Shown piece by piece: positions 26,087-35,062 of a stretch of 64,000 nt of DNA. Numbering within the stretch: the first letter of the stretch is position 1; every line of letters begins with the position of its first letter. Under the pieces are notes generated by a model, which saw nothing but the letters and a program-made list of their open reading frames with translations, did no database searches and was not told where the DNA came from. The position numbers and the translations under genes are program-made. Origin of the DNA: Bacillales bacterium (GTDB lineage Bacteria; Bacillota_I; Bacilli_A; RF39; UBA660); contig JAEEZR010000044.1 of NCBI GenBank assembly GCA_016292035.1, positions 7,760 through 71,759 of the forward strand, given 5' to 3'.

Positions 26087-27820
26087 ATGAGCAGAAAAAA
26101 ATTTATTATTGTTTTAACGTTATCATTAATAGCTTTGTTTGTTTTAGTGATCTTAAATATTTGTAAAACTTATGATATTGAATATACTCCCTCTGCTATT
26201 TATAAAGCGTTTAAGAGTTATTTTAATAAACAAGAAGCTGTAGAAGATGATATTATCATAAATAATGATAAAGAAATAAAAGAAAAAGTTAAAGAAGAAG
26301 TTAAAGAAGAAGTTAAAGAAGAAGTTAAAGAAGAAAGTGTTAAACCAAGTAGTACACCTTCAACTATAAAAGAAACTCCTAAACAAACAGAAACTAAAAA
26401 AGAAGAAAAAAATTATGATTATTCTTTTGATAATGTTTCAGAAATGAAAAAATTGACTATTCTTAAAGTAGGGCAGAAAGTTCAAACTAATGGTTTTTAT
26501 TCAGTTGGTGATGGAGGGAAATCTTTATACGAAATAGTTGATAAAGATTATTTAAGTACTAATAAAAAAAGCGCTGATGAATTCTTTATTATTTCCTTAG
26601 ATAATGGTTTATATGCTAAACTTATATTAGAAGATAAAGTAAATTTAAAACAGTTTGGCGCTAAGGGAGATGGAAAAACTCTTGATACTCTAGCTGTTAA
26701 CAGTGCATTTAAGAATTCTAGTGGACATACACTTTATGTTCCAAGTGGCACATATGCTATAGAAAAAGTTTATACTTCTAATAATTTAACTATAGTGGGA
26801 GATGGTAAATCATCATTATTTATTGCTAAGGATGGCGCTAAAGTATCAAGTGATATGTTTGTTACTAGTTCTAAATCTAATGTTACTGTTAAAAATATAG
26901 CAATAAGTGGCAACAGTGCTGTTAATAGTAGAGAACAAGGTCATAGTGCGCAAGATGGTATTCATATATTTGATATATGGCATTCTTCCAATATAAATGT
27001 TGATAATGTTTATTTTATTGACAATGTATATGCCGCTATTAGAATAATAGAAGGAAATAGTATTCATGTTACTAATAGTAATTTCCTTAATGTAGACTGC
27101 GGGGTTATTACTTTAGGAAGCTATGATAATGATGATTTGTTAATAGAGAATAACTTATTTGATGGTCATCAAAATTCTGAACCTATTTCTATTTATGGAA
27201 CAGGTAAAACTACTAATGTAGTTATTAATAATAATACTATTAAGAATAAGAGATATGGTAGTGCTATATATGCTGCTAGAGGGGTAATTGATAATATAAG
27301 TATTACTAATAATAAAATATATAATGTGGCTGCTGGTATTATTGTTAATGCTAATAATGCTACTGTAAAGAATAATACTATTGATAACACTGAAGCTCTT
27401 AATTATTCAGATGGATGTGGTGGAGGAGGTATTAGCATTACAAAAACCACTAATGCTGATGTATCTGGTAATACTCTTAAAAATATATGTCAAAATTCTA
27501 TAAGAGTGGCTTCTAGTTCTAACACAAATATTCATGATAACTATATAGAAGATGGTGGATATGCTAATGATAACTTCTTCTTTGTAAATATTAGAGAAAA
27601 TAACACTAATCTTAAGTTTTATAATAATACTCTTGTTAGAAAAAATGAAAGTTTATCTAAGAATCTAATAATGGGTATGGGAGAGCAGGTAAGCGTAGAA
27701 ATATATGATAATAATATTCAAAATGGAATAATATATTTATATCCAGGCGCAACTAATTTTACAGTAAGAAATAATGGAGTGTCTACTTTTAATAGAGGAA
27801 GCAATAATATAGTAGAATAG
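26087..27820 (+). CDS. Membrane-anchored right-handed parallel beta-helix protein (pectin-lyase/tailspike-like)
   Basis: N-terminal TM, KEEV linker, T.GFYS.GDGG motif, VNLKQFGAKGDG..LD..A, Asn-rich beta-helix turns. Start moved to ATG 26087. Confidence 0.8.
   Translation: MSRKKFIIVLTLSLIALFVLVILNICKTYDIEYTPSAIYKAFKSYFNKQEAVEDDIIINNDKEIKEKVKEEVKEEVKEEVKEESVKPSSTPSTIKETPKQTETKKEEKNYDYSFDNVSEMKKLTILKVGQKVQTNGFYSVGDGGKSLYEIVDKDYLSTNKKSADEFFIISLDNGLYAKLILEDKVNLKQFGAKGDGKTLDTLAVNSAFKNSSGHTLYVPSGTYAIEKVYTSNNLTIVGDGKSSLFIAKDGAKVSSDMFVTSSKSNVTVKNIAISGNSAVNSREQGHSAQDGIHIFDIWHSSNINVDNVYFIDNVYAAIRIIEGNSIHVTNSNFLNVDCGVITLGSYDNDDLLIENNLFDGHQNSEPISIYGTGKTTNVVINNNTIKNKRYGSAIYAARGVIDNISITNNKIYNVAAGIIVNANNATVKNNTIDNTEALNYSDGCGGGGISITKTTNADVSGNTLKNICQNSIRVASSSNTNIHDNYIEDGGYANDNFFFVNIRENNTNLKFYNNTLVRKNESLSKNLIMGMGEQVSVEIYDNNIQNGIIYLYPGATNFTVRNNGVSTFNRGSNNIVE
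26279..26338 (+). repeat. In-frame 12-bp tandem repeat (AAAGAAGAAGTT, about 5 copies; KEEV)
   Basis: Three perfect units at 26291-26326 with degenerate units on each side. Confidence 0.9.
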
Positions 27821-27886
27821 CTTTAGTAAAAACTAAAGCTTTTTCTATGGACAAAATAAGTCTCTTGTGTTATATTATTTACACAT

Positions 27887-27961
27887 GCAGCTGTAGTACA
27901 ACGGCTAGTACACGGCCTTGCCAAGGCTGGGACGTGGGTTCGATTCCCATCAGTTGCTCCA
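27887..27961 (+). tRNA. trnG: tRNA-Gly (anticodon GCC), CCA encoded
   Basis: Acceptor GCAGCTG/CAGTTGC, D stem GTAC/GTAC, anticodon arm CGGCC-TTGCCAA-GGCTG, T arm GTGGG-TTCGATT-CCCAT, U73 plus CCA. Confidence 0.97.
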
Positions 27962-28117
27962 ATTAAAAAATAACGCCGAATTATTCGACGTTTTTTATTT
28001 CTCCATTTTGTTCGTATGTACATTAAATTCTGAACTATAGCGCACTTAGTTAAAATGTGTAGTTATTTTGACTTAAAGATAAATTAATAATATAATTATA
28101 TATAGAGGGAGATAAGT

Positions 28118-28333
28118 ATGGATAAAAGATTTGATTATTTAGATGATAAAACAGTAGAAGAACTTGAAAAGATTAAAAGTGAAACTGAACAAAGTTTAGA
28201 ATTTTCTATGAAGATAGTTAATGATAAAAGTAATAAAGAGAACGTATCAGAAGCATATAACGATATTAAATATGAAAGAGAAAAACTTGAATATATAGAA
28301 GAGTTACTTTCTAGTAAATTAAGTAGACATTAG
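28118..28333 (+). CDS. Hypothetical protein (71 aa, coiled-coil)
   Basis: RBS GAGGGAG; terminator AAGTAGAC/GTCTACTT at the end. Confidence 0.65.
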   Translation: MDKRFDYLDDKTVEELEKIKSETEQSLEFSMKIVNDKSNKENVSEAYNDIKYEREKLEYIEELLSSKLSRH

Positions 28334-28407
28334 TCTACTTTTATTATTTCCTTGTTATTATAATGAATTTATGTTATTATAAATAGCCATAAAGGAAGGG
28401 TTATATA

Positions 28408-29067
28408 ATGAATAAATATGTTGCTGCGATGCTTAGAAAAGCTAAGAAAAATATTATAGAGGCTCAAGAAGAAAAAAGAAAAATTCAAATGGCTAAGGAA
28501 GAAAAGGAAGACATAAAGAATAAGGTGTTAGCACTTTTAAGTAGTAAAAGTTCTGAACTTATTGACACTGTAATGGATACTGTTATTAATGATAGAGTTA
28601 ATGAAGAGAATGATTCCGTTGATAAAGTTCGCACTAATAGTTTTGTATATATCAGTGCTTCATTCTTTAAACATTTTGATTATGATGTACTTAATAAATC
28701 ATATTTTACTCAATTTATTGATGTTAGTGCAGAAGATCAAAATTGTAATGCGGAGCTTCAAAGACAACTTGATAATGAATATCAAAAACACTTACATACA
28801 GCGCTTGAATTAGTAAGAAATAATTATTATCAATCTTTAACTTATAATATGGTTGCTGCACTTCTAATATATGTTGGTTATTCAGGTAAAGTGTTATCAA
28901 GTGACGGTAAAATATACATACTTGATGATAAGACAGTGAAAGAAGCTGCAGAGGAGTATAAATTAAATGTTGAGATTAATCCTTCTACTGTTGTGTTTAT
29001 CATTAGAAGAGAAGATTTAGACGACATGATAATGAAGTCTGATAATATTCTTAGTAAAACAAAATAA
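28408..29067 (+). CDS. Hypothetical protein (219 aa)
   Basis: RBS AAGGAAGG; long open frame followed by a terminator. Confidence 0.7.
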   Translation: MNKYVAAMLRKAKKNIIEAQEEKRKIQMAKEEKEDIKNKVLALLSSKSSELIDTVMDTVINDRVNEENDSVDKVRTNSFVYISASFFKHFDYDVLNKSYFTQFIDVSAEDQNCNAELQRQLDNEYQKHLHTALELVRNNYYQSLTYNMVAALLIYVGYSGKVLSSDGKIYILDDKTVKEAAEEYKLNVEINPSTVVFIIRREDLDDMIMKSDNILSKTK

Positions 29068-29088
29068 AACTAGTCTATGACTAGTTTT
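29066..29088. terminator. Bidirectional terminator, ACTAGT-type copy 1
   Basis: AAAACTAGTC-TAT-GACTAGTTTT. Confidence 0.8.
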
Positions 29089-29092
29089 TTGT

Positions 29093-29383
29093 TTATAAAG
29101 TTGGATGAGTAAGTCTATATACTTCTAAATCAAACTCTAATTTTTCTTTGGTTTGTATTGGCCATGATCCTATACCGTTTTGTTTTTCATATTCTCTTAT
29201 TGTATTTTCTGCTTTATTTAGTAAGATTACTCTAGTATATTCAGGTGCTTTAAGAGATACTATTTCATTTTTTAATGCTTCATGACAAATTCCTGCTTTA
29301 ATAAGTCTATCTTTTTGTATTGAATCTAATGTCATGTATAGTAGATCTGCTATTTTATCTAAATCTATTTCTTTATTTTCCAT
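29093..29383 (-). CDS. Hypothetical protein (96 aa)
   Basis: Starts 1 nt after the upstream stop; RBS AAGGGG. Confidence 0.6.
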   Translation of the reverse strand: MENKEIDLDKIADLLYMTLDSIQKDRLIKAGICHEALKNEIVSLKAPEYTRVILLNKAENTIREYEKQNGIGSWPIQTKEKLEFDLEVYRLTHPTL

Positions 29384-29384
29384 T

Positions 29385-29786
29385 TTAATTTCCCCTTTTA
29401 TTTTTTAATGATAATGACATTTCTCTTAGAGACATTGGTTTTTCTTCGATAGGATATCCTTTTTTAGAATATTTATTTACTAAATCTCTTATTCCGTTGC
29501 TTGTCATTTCTGTTTGATTTTGATTTTCTTCAATTTCTTTTATTTCTTCTAGAGTTTTTCCTTCTTCAATAGCCATCATTATTTCAAGAGCGCACTCCGT
29601 AATATATCCAAAAAAACATCCATTAGTATCTCTAATGACATATTCTTCCCAGCTTTGATGTTTAGATGGGTCTATGATTTCTTTACCCTTTTCTATTTTA
29701 TATTGCATGGTTTCTAATCCATGCTTTCTTTTTTCTTCTTTGATACGTAATAAGTCATTATATAACTTTTCCATTTCTTCTTTCAT
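29385..29786 (-). CDS. Hypothetical protein (133 aa)
   Basis: RBS AAAGGGGG; helical acidic/basic ORF, family not confidently recognised. Confidence 0.7.
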   Translation of the reverse strand: MKEEMEKLYNDLLRIKEEKRKHGLETMQYKIEKGKEIIDPSKHQSWEEYVIRDTNGCFFGYITECALEIMMAIEEGKTLEEIKEIEENQNQTEMTSNGIRDLVNKYSKKGYPIEEKPMSLREMSLSLKNKRGN

Positions 29787-29863
29787 TTTAGTCCCCCTTT
29801 TTAATTGTATTTTATTTTACTACATTTTATTATAAAAATCAATAATTATTACTTAAAAAAAGA

Positions 29864-30910
29864 TTAGTTAATTGACTGATCTTTTTGATGGGGCATTAGT
29901 CTTTTTCTAAATCTATCACTTACTGGTTGATGATCAAAATGTGATGCTAGTGTATCTAACATTTTCTCATAAAGTTCTTTTGCTTGTTTTTCTTTTCTAC
30001 TCATCATTCTTTTTTCGTTTAAGTATTCAACCTTACATTCTGCGTCTAGTATATTTTTAAATGTTTCTATAGCCTTATTATAAGACATTTCACTTATGTC
30101 AATTGATGAAAACTTATTTTTAGATCTATAGTATACTGGACCTATAGGTTTTCCAAAAATATTTAGAAACGTAAATATATCAGCTTTCTTTTCTATGTGC
30201 TTATAATTACTTTTGATTACGTTGTGAGCCCATAGTACATCATTTGTTTTTATAGTTTTTACTATATGATCTGATGCCCATAGAGTTTCGTTAGTTCCAA
30301 AACTGCTTGGTGACACGTATTGGAAGAATTGTTCACAGCTAGATCCCACTATGTTTTCAAATGTATTTGGATTTAAGTATTTTGCTTCTTCTATTCCATA
30401 TAGTCTATTTCTAGTTATTATAAAATCCTTACCACTTACAGATGATATTCTATATCCATTTAGTGTATCAATTTGAACATATTTATTATTTTCTAATTGA
30501 TAGATATAGAAATATGAGTATAGAGAGCTATCTTCATTTACTTCAATGCATACTTTGTTTTTATAGAATATGTTTTTTGAATCTATTTCTTTATATGTTT
30601 CTTCTTCTCCAGTTAAAGTTAATCCTGTGTATTTTTCTTTTACACAGTCTAATAAAACATTTCCTTCAGTGTCATATATTATTTGACCAAATTTAGAAGT
30701 GAATGGATCTATTCTATAGCTGTCTGATTCGACTGTATCTACTATTGCAAATGCTAAATATATAAGATTTTTATTTCTTGCAACAGTGTAGTTTATTTCT
30801 ATTCCTGGGTGTTTTTCTAAATCATATCCTTTACTTTTTAAATAAGGCTTAATAATTTCTACATCTTCTTTTATATCAGAAATGCTTCTTGACATATATG
30901 TTTTTTTCAT
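29864..30910 (-). CDS. Hypothetical protein (348 aa, beta-rich core)
   Basis: RBS AAGGAG; long ORF with no recognised motif. Confidence 0.7.
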   Translation of the reverse strand: MKKTYMSRSISDIKEDVEIIKPYLKSKGYDLEKHPGIEINYTVARNKNLIYLAFAIVDTVESDSYRIDPFTSKFGQIIYDTEGNVLLDCVKEKYTGLTLTGEEETYKEIDSKNIFYKNKVCIEVNEDSSLYSYFYIYQLENNKYVQIDTLNGYRISSVSGKDFIITRNRLYGIEEAKYLNPNTFENIVGSSCEQFFQYVSPSSFGTNETLWASDHIVKTIKTNDVLWAHNVIKSNYKHIEKKADIFTFLNIFGKPIGPVYYRSKNKFSSIDISEMSYNKAIETFKNILDAECKVEYLNEKRMMSRKEKQAKELYEKMLDTLASHFDHQPVSDRFRKRLMPHQKDQSIN

Positions 30911-30988
30911 TTAGTTCTCCTTTTTAAATATGGGTTTTATTTTATCATTTGATAGCTTGTAATTCAATGGTATTTACTATAAATATAA

Positions 30989-31013
30989 AAAAACTAGTAA
31001 TGGACTAGTTTTT
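30989..31013. terminator. Terminator, ACTAGT-type copy 2
   Basis: AAAAACTAGT-AATGG-ACTAGTTTTT. Confidence 0.75.
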
Positions 31014-31027
31014 ATTAATTATTATTT

Positions 31028-31366
31028 TTAGAATTTCATATTAAGTTTATTGCTGAAATCTACTATTGTTCCTTCTTTATCTACTTTTTCATTTTGTATA
31101 CTTTTAATGTAGTTTAGTAGTCTAATGTACTTATTTAGTCTTTTTTCTGAATCAGCTATCATAGCTTCAGATATTTCACTATTTAATAATTTTTTAAATA
31201 AATTATTAGCTTGAACTGTGTAATGTCTTGATAGCGCATATAACTGATGAGTATTTAGACTAGACACTGATTTTTTAATTTCTTCTACATTGTCTTCATA
31301 TGAAAAGTATTCTTCATCAATCATTTCTTTTACTGCAATTGTTTTGCTTACATTATTAAATGCCAT
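31028..31366 (-). CDS. Hypothetical protein (112 aa)
   Basis: Start moved to ATG 31366 after AAGGAGGGG. Confidence 0.65.
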   Translation of the reverse strand: MAFNNVSKTIAVKEMIDEEYFSYEDNVEEIKKSVSSLNTHQLYALSRHYTVQANNLFKKLLNSEISEAMIADSEKRLNKYIRLLNYIKSIQNEKVDKEGTIVDFSNKLNMKF

Positions 31367-31482
31367 ATTCCCCTCCTTGCACAACGGAGAGTATAGTACC
31401 ATATTTATAACAATTAATCAATAGTTAAATTATTAATTTTTTAATTTTTTTTGTTATGGTATACTTATAGTAGGTGAATGAT

Positions 31483-31881
31483 ATGAATAAGAAAGAATTA
31501 ATAAGAGCAGGTAAGTTTACTTTATTTTCTTTATCGGCTGGTTTAATAGAAATAGGGGCATTTTCTGTTCTTAATCATTTTAAGTTTCAATATTGGGTGT
31601 GTTATTTAGTAGCCTTAGTACTTTCTGTTTTATGGAATTTTACTTTAAATAGAGAGTTTACTTTTAGATCTAGTAATAATGTTCCTGTAGCTATGATGAA
31701 GGTAGCACTGTTTTATTTAGTGTTTACTCCTGTTTCTACTCTTATAGGTGATTATTTAGTAGAAACTCTTAAATGGAATGAGTTTTTAGTAACTCTTATT
31801 AATATGACAGCTAATTTTATTTTAGAATTTATTTATGATAAATATGTTGTTTTTAGAGGAAGTATAGATACAAAAAACTAG
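31483..31881 (+). CDS. GtrA family membrane protein
   Basis: KFTLFSLSAGLIE...WNFTLNREFTF...DKYVVF; 4 TM. Start moved to ATG 31483. Confidence 0.85.
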   Translation: MNKKELIRAGKFTLFSLSAGLIEIGAFSVLNHFKFQYWVCYLVALVLSVLWNFTLNREFTFRSSNNVPVAMMKVALFYLVFTPVSTLIGDYLVETLKWNEFLVTLINMTANFILEFIYDKYVVFRGSIDTKN

Positions 31882-31898
31882 TCTTAGACTAGTTTTTT
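31872..31898. terminator. Bidirectional terminator, ACTAGT-type copy 3
   Basis: AAAAAACTAGTC-TTA-GACTAGTTTTTT. Confidence 0.85.
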
Positions 31899-31946
31899 AA
31901 TACTTTTTTATTTATTATATTTGATGTATTAGTTATTATTTATAGC

Positions 31947-32924
31947 TTATTTAATTGTTCTTATATATATTTTTTGATCTAGTGTTGTAACTGTTGTTAG
32001 AGTAGGGTCGAATGTAGTACTTGTGAATAGTGATATTATTTTTGGAGCAAAAGTTTTATATGCTTTTGAAGGAACTAATGTGCATTTGCATATCTTACTA
32101 TTATCTTTTTTACATTCACTGTCTGTTATTTCTTCAAAGTATACATTTTTATCTGTTATTATGTAGGCTCTTCCGTTTTCTCCTTCATTACCCATGATTC
32201 TTACTTTTTCATTTTCTAGTTTTAGTACTAATTCTTCATCAACATATTTGTATTTACTAGTTTCTTTAGTATTTATATCAGTATTTCTTCTATAGTGCAT
32301 TCTATATATGTTGCCATCTGGTTTTAGTACTAGTGTATACATATGCTGTATATCACTGTTTTCTGGATCAGTGAATATTTTATATGTTGTATCAAGTAAA
32401 ACATCTTTATTACTCCAGAATTCTCCATAAACGTATTTTCCAAATGAGCCTGGAGTGTCTAATTTTAAGTAATCATAGTCATTTCCATCGTTTATTAGTG
32501 TAGCACTATCGTATAGATTGTTATTAGTGTCTGCTACTAAACCAGCTACTATTCTTTCTATTCTTACATCATCTGCATAGTGTAAGCAATTTTGAGAATT
32601 ATCTTGATACTTAGTTTTTGATAGTCTATATAGTTTTCCATCATTTGTTATGAAAAAGCCATCATAAATATCCCCATATATATACTTAGCATCCTTTAGT
32701 TCATCACATTTATAAGGCTCATCTAAATCTTCATATAATATTTGATAGTTGTCACCATATTCAATTTTGCCATTTATTTTGTCTTGATTATCTATATTAT
32801 TTGGTTTTCTATATTCATCAAATAGTCCTGAATTATATATAATATAACCTGAAACTACTAATATTAGAATTGTTACTATTACAGTTAATACTGTAATTAG
32901 ATTAGCTTTTTTATTCTCACTCAT
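31947..32924 (-). CDS. Hypothetical membrane-anchored extracellular protein
   Basis: Single N-terminal TM, beta-rich body with paired cysteines. Start at ATG 32924 after GGTGA (alternative 32936). Confidence 0.7.
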   Translation of the reverse strand: MSENKKANLITVLTVIVTILILVVSGYIIYNSGLFDEYRKPNNIDNQDKINGKIEYGDNYQILYEDLDEPYKCDELKDAKYIYGDIYDGFFITNDGKLYRLSKTKYQDNSQNCLHYADDVRIERIVAGLVADTNNNLYDSATLINDGNDYDYLKLDTPGSFGKYVYGEFWSNKDVLLDTTYKIFTDPENSDIQHMYTLVLKPDGNIYRMHYRRNTDINTKETSKYKYVDEELVLKLENEKVRIMGNEGENGRAYIITDKNVYFEEITDSECKKDNSKICKCTLVPSKAYKTFAPKIISLFTSTTFDPTLTTVTTLDQKIYIRTIK

Positions 32925-32972
32925 TTTATTCACCATACAAATTATATCATATATAAAAAAGATGAGCTATAA

Positions 32973-33767
32973 TTAATAACTCATTTTTATTAGCTTTGCG
33001 TGAAGTACAACTCTTTCATTATTTGAATAACATGATGATAGTGTTAATATTTTGTCTTCTGTTGATACAGTAGTATCAAATATATATGCACTTCTTCCTT
33101 TTATTTTATTTAAAAATTTAGCGTAGTCTTCATCTGATCTATAATCTACTTGTAAGTAGTCATTTGTTTCTTTTATATGATATACACTAAATACTTGCCA
33201 TAGATAATTATATTTTTCTGTAGATACTTTTATAATGTGATTATTCTTATTATTAAACCATGTATTTCTTAGTATATTTTTAAGTGTTCCAAACATTGAG
33301 CCATTAAGCATTGAATGACCATATATAATGTTATTTTTATCTGTTAGGTTTTCATCATTTCTATAGTCTAAGAATATCCATCCTGCTTCATTATAAGTTT
33401 TATCAAAAGAATGAGACATGTAGTAATCATTATCTTTATATTTTACTATTGGATAGTTTATGTCTGTTCCTTCAACTATTATCCATCCGATTGAATCTGT
33501 ATTTTTTTCTTTTAAAGTTTTTATATCTACTTCTACTAGTTTAGTATTTATTTTATCTTCTGTTGGAGATATTTCTTGTACCTGTGTTTTAGTTTCATCT
33601 ATTTCAATAGGCTTTACTTCTTCTTGTATTTCCTTTATTTGTTTTTCTCCTTTAGAAGTAAATGTTTTCCATCTTATTATTTTATAAGATGAGAAAACTA
33701 TGCCAATTATAAATATTAGCATTGATATAAATAGTATAAATTTTTTAATATTTATTTTTCTTTTCAT
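32973..33767 (-). CDS. srtB: Class B sortase
   Basis: GWI...GTDINYPI, IFLDYRN, IYGHSM..GSMFG.L, LTLSSC...R; N-terminal TM. Confidence 0.88.
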   Translation of the reverse strand: MKRKINIKKFILFISMLIFIIGIVFSSYKIIRWKTFTSKGEKQIKEIQEEVKPIEIDETKTQVQEISPTEDKINTKLVEVDIKTLKEKNTDSIGWIIVEGTDINYPIVKYKDNDYYMSHSFDKTYNEAGWIFLDYRNDENLTDKNNIIYGHSMLNGSMFGTLKNILRNTWFNNKNNHIIKVSTEKYNYLWQVFSVYHIKETNDYLQVDYRSDEDYAKFLNKIKGRSAYIFDTTVSTEDKILTLSSCYSNNERVVLHAKLIKMSY

Positions 33768-33779
33768 ATTTTTATTTTA

Positions 33780-34310
33780 TCATAAATATATATTTATACC
33801 ATATTTATTGTTTGTTTTATCATAAAATAGATTATTATGTATTGGTTTATATGTAAGATATGAAAAAAGTAGAAGTATTAATACTATTACATATGGACTT
33901 GTTTTGTTTATTATTAGTTTTTCTTTTGTTAATAACCAATAACTTATTAACTGTGACAAGGATATAGTTATAAACATAAGTGATATATTTATAAACATAC
34001 TTTCAGTAAATGTATTATTGATAGGAATATATAGTGTTAAATAAAATATTATGCTAAATAGAATAGATACTACAGTGGATAGTAGTAGATTATTATTATT
34101 TATTTTAAATATTTTAAAAGTATTATAGTCTATTAGTGTTATTAATAAATATGGAGTTAAGAATAGTTTCATATGTTCCCATATACTTTCATTAACTGGG
34201 AAAAATAAACTTGTAAATATATTAGGAAATTTTTGGTATATAAAATGAAATAGAAAACAAAGTGAAAAGATTATAAATACATCTATTATTTTTACTTTCT
34301 TAATTGTCAT
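33780..34310 (-). CDS. DUF6512-like membrane protein
   Basis: LFHFIY...FFPVNESIWEHMKL pattern; 5-6 TM. Confidence 0.7.
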   Translation of the reverse strand: MTIKKVKIIDVFIIFSLCFLFHFIYQKFPNIFTSLFFPVNESIWEHMKLFLTPYLLITLIDYNTFKIFKINNNNLLLSTVVSILFSIIFYLTLYIPINNTFTESMFINISLMFITISLSQLISYWLLTKEKLIINKTSPYVIVLILLLFSYLTYKPIHNNLFYDKTNNKYGINIYL

Positions 34311-34398
34311 AATACCACCATTAATATTATTCTTTTATTATTTTGATTTATTCTTTTATATTTTAGTAATTATTGGGAATAGTATAGATGGTGGTTTT

Positions 34399-34803
34399 AT
34401 GAAGAAGCTTTTATTAATAGTTATTTTTATTTTATTATTTAGCACTACTTATGTAAGTGCTTCTACTTCTAATGATTTATATGAAGAAAGAGAGTATAGT
34501 ATAGATTTTGATAGTTTAAGTAATAAAAGTTTAAATTATGTTTTTTCTAATTTAGATGTTTTTATGGTAAGTATTACTATTAATGTAGGAAATTATACTA
34601 ATACTTATATGATTAATACTTATTTAGATAGTGATATTGAAAGAGAGATAACTAGAAGAATAGTAAGTGATTTAATTAGTGATAATAAAAGAGAAATTGC
34701 TACTACTGTGGAATACAAGGGATATACTATTAGTAATGCTAAGTTATTGATTACTAAGTATACTTATAATAAAATAGTGGAAAGAGTTAAAAGTATTAAT
34801 TAA
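34399..34803 (+). CDS. Hypothetical secreted protein
   Basis: MKK + hydrophobic + VSA signal peptide. Confidence 0.7.
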   Translation: MKKLLLIVIFILLFSTTYVSASTSNDLYEEREYSIDFDSLSNKSLNYVFSNLDVFMVSITINVGNYTNTYMINTYLDSDIEREITRRIVSDLISDNKREIATTVEYKGYTISNAKLLITKYTYNKIVERVKSIN

Positions 34804-34842
34804 TTCTTTTAAAAATAATAGGTATGTGCTATAATACATTCA

Positions 34843-35050
34843 TAAAGCAAGGAAGTTTAGGAGTAAAAAACTAATTATTTATAGAGAGTTAACGTTTGGT
34901 GAAAGTTAATAGTAATTGTTTTTGAAGGTAGAAACTGAGTGATTATCTGAAATTAAGTAAGATAAAACGAGTTATGTGCGTTAAACATAAAGAGAATAAA
35001 TTAAGGTGGTACCACGAAAGATTCGTCCTTTGGGGTACTGCTTTTATTTT
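34843..35050 (+). ncRNA. T-box riboswitch (Val)
   Basis: AGAGAG and GGTGAAA stem-I motifs, specifier GTA (34928-34930), T-box AAGGTGGTACCACG (35003-35016), antiterminator AAGG/CCTT plus ACGAA/TTCGT; upstream of valS. Confidence 0.9.
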
Positions 35051-35062
35051 GGAGGGATTTAA

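Noticed and set aside
27887-31900. Prophage or ICE integrated at tRNA-Gly
   Set aside because: No integrase, no att duplication and no phage structural or conjugation genes were seen in the window.
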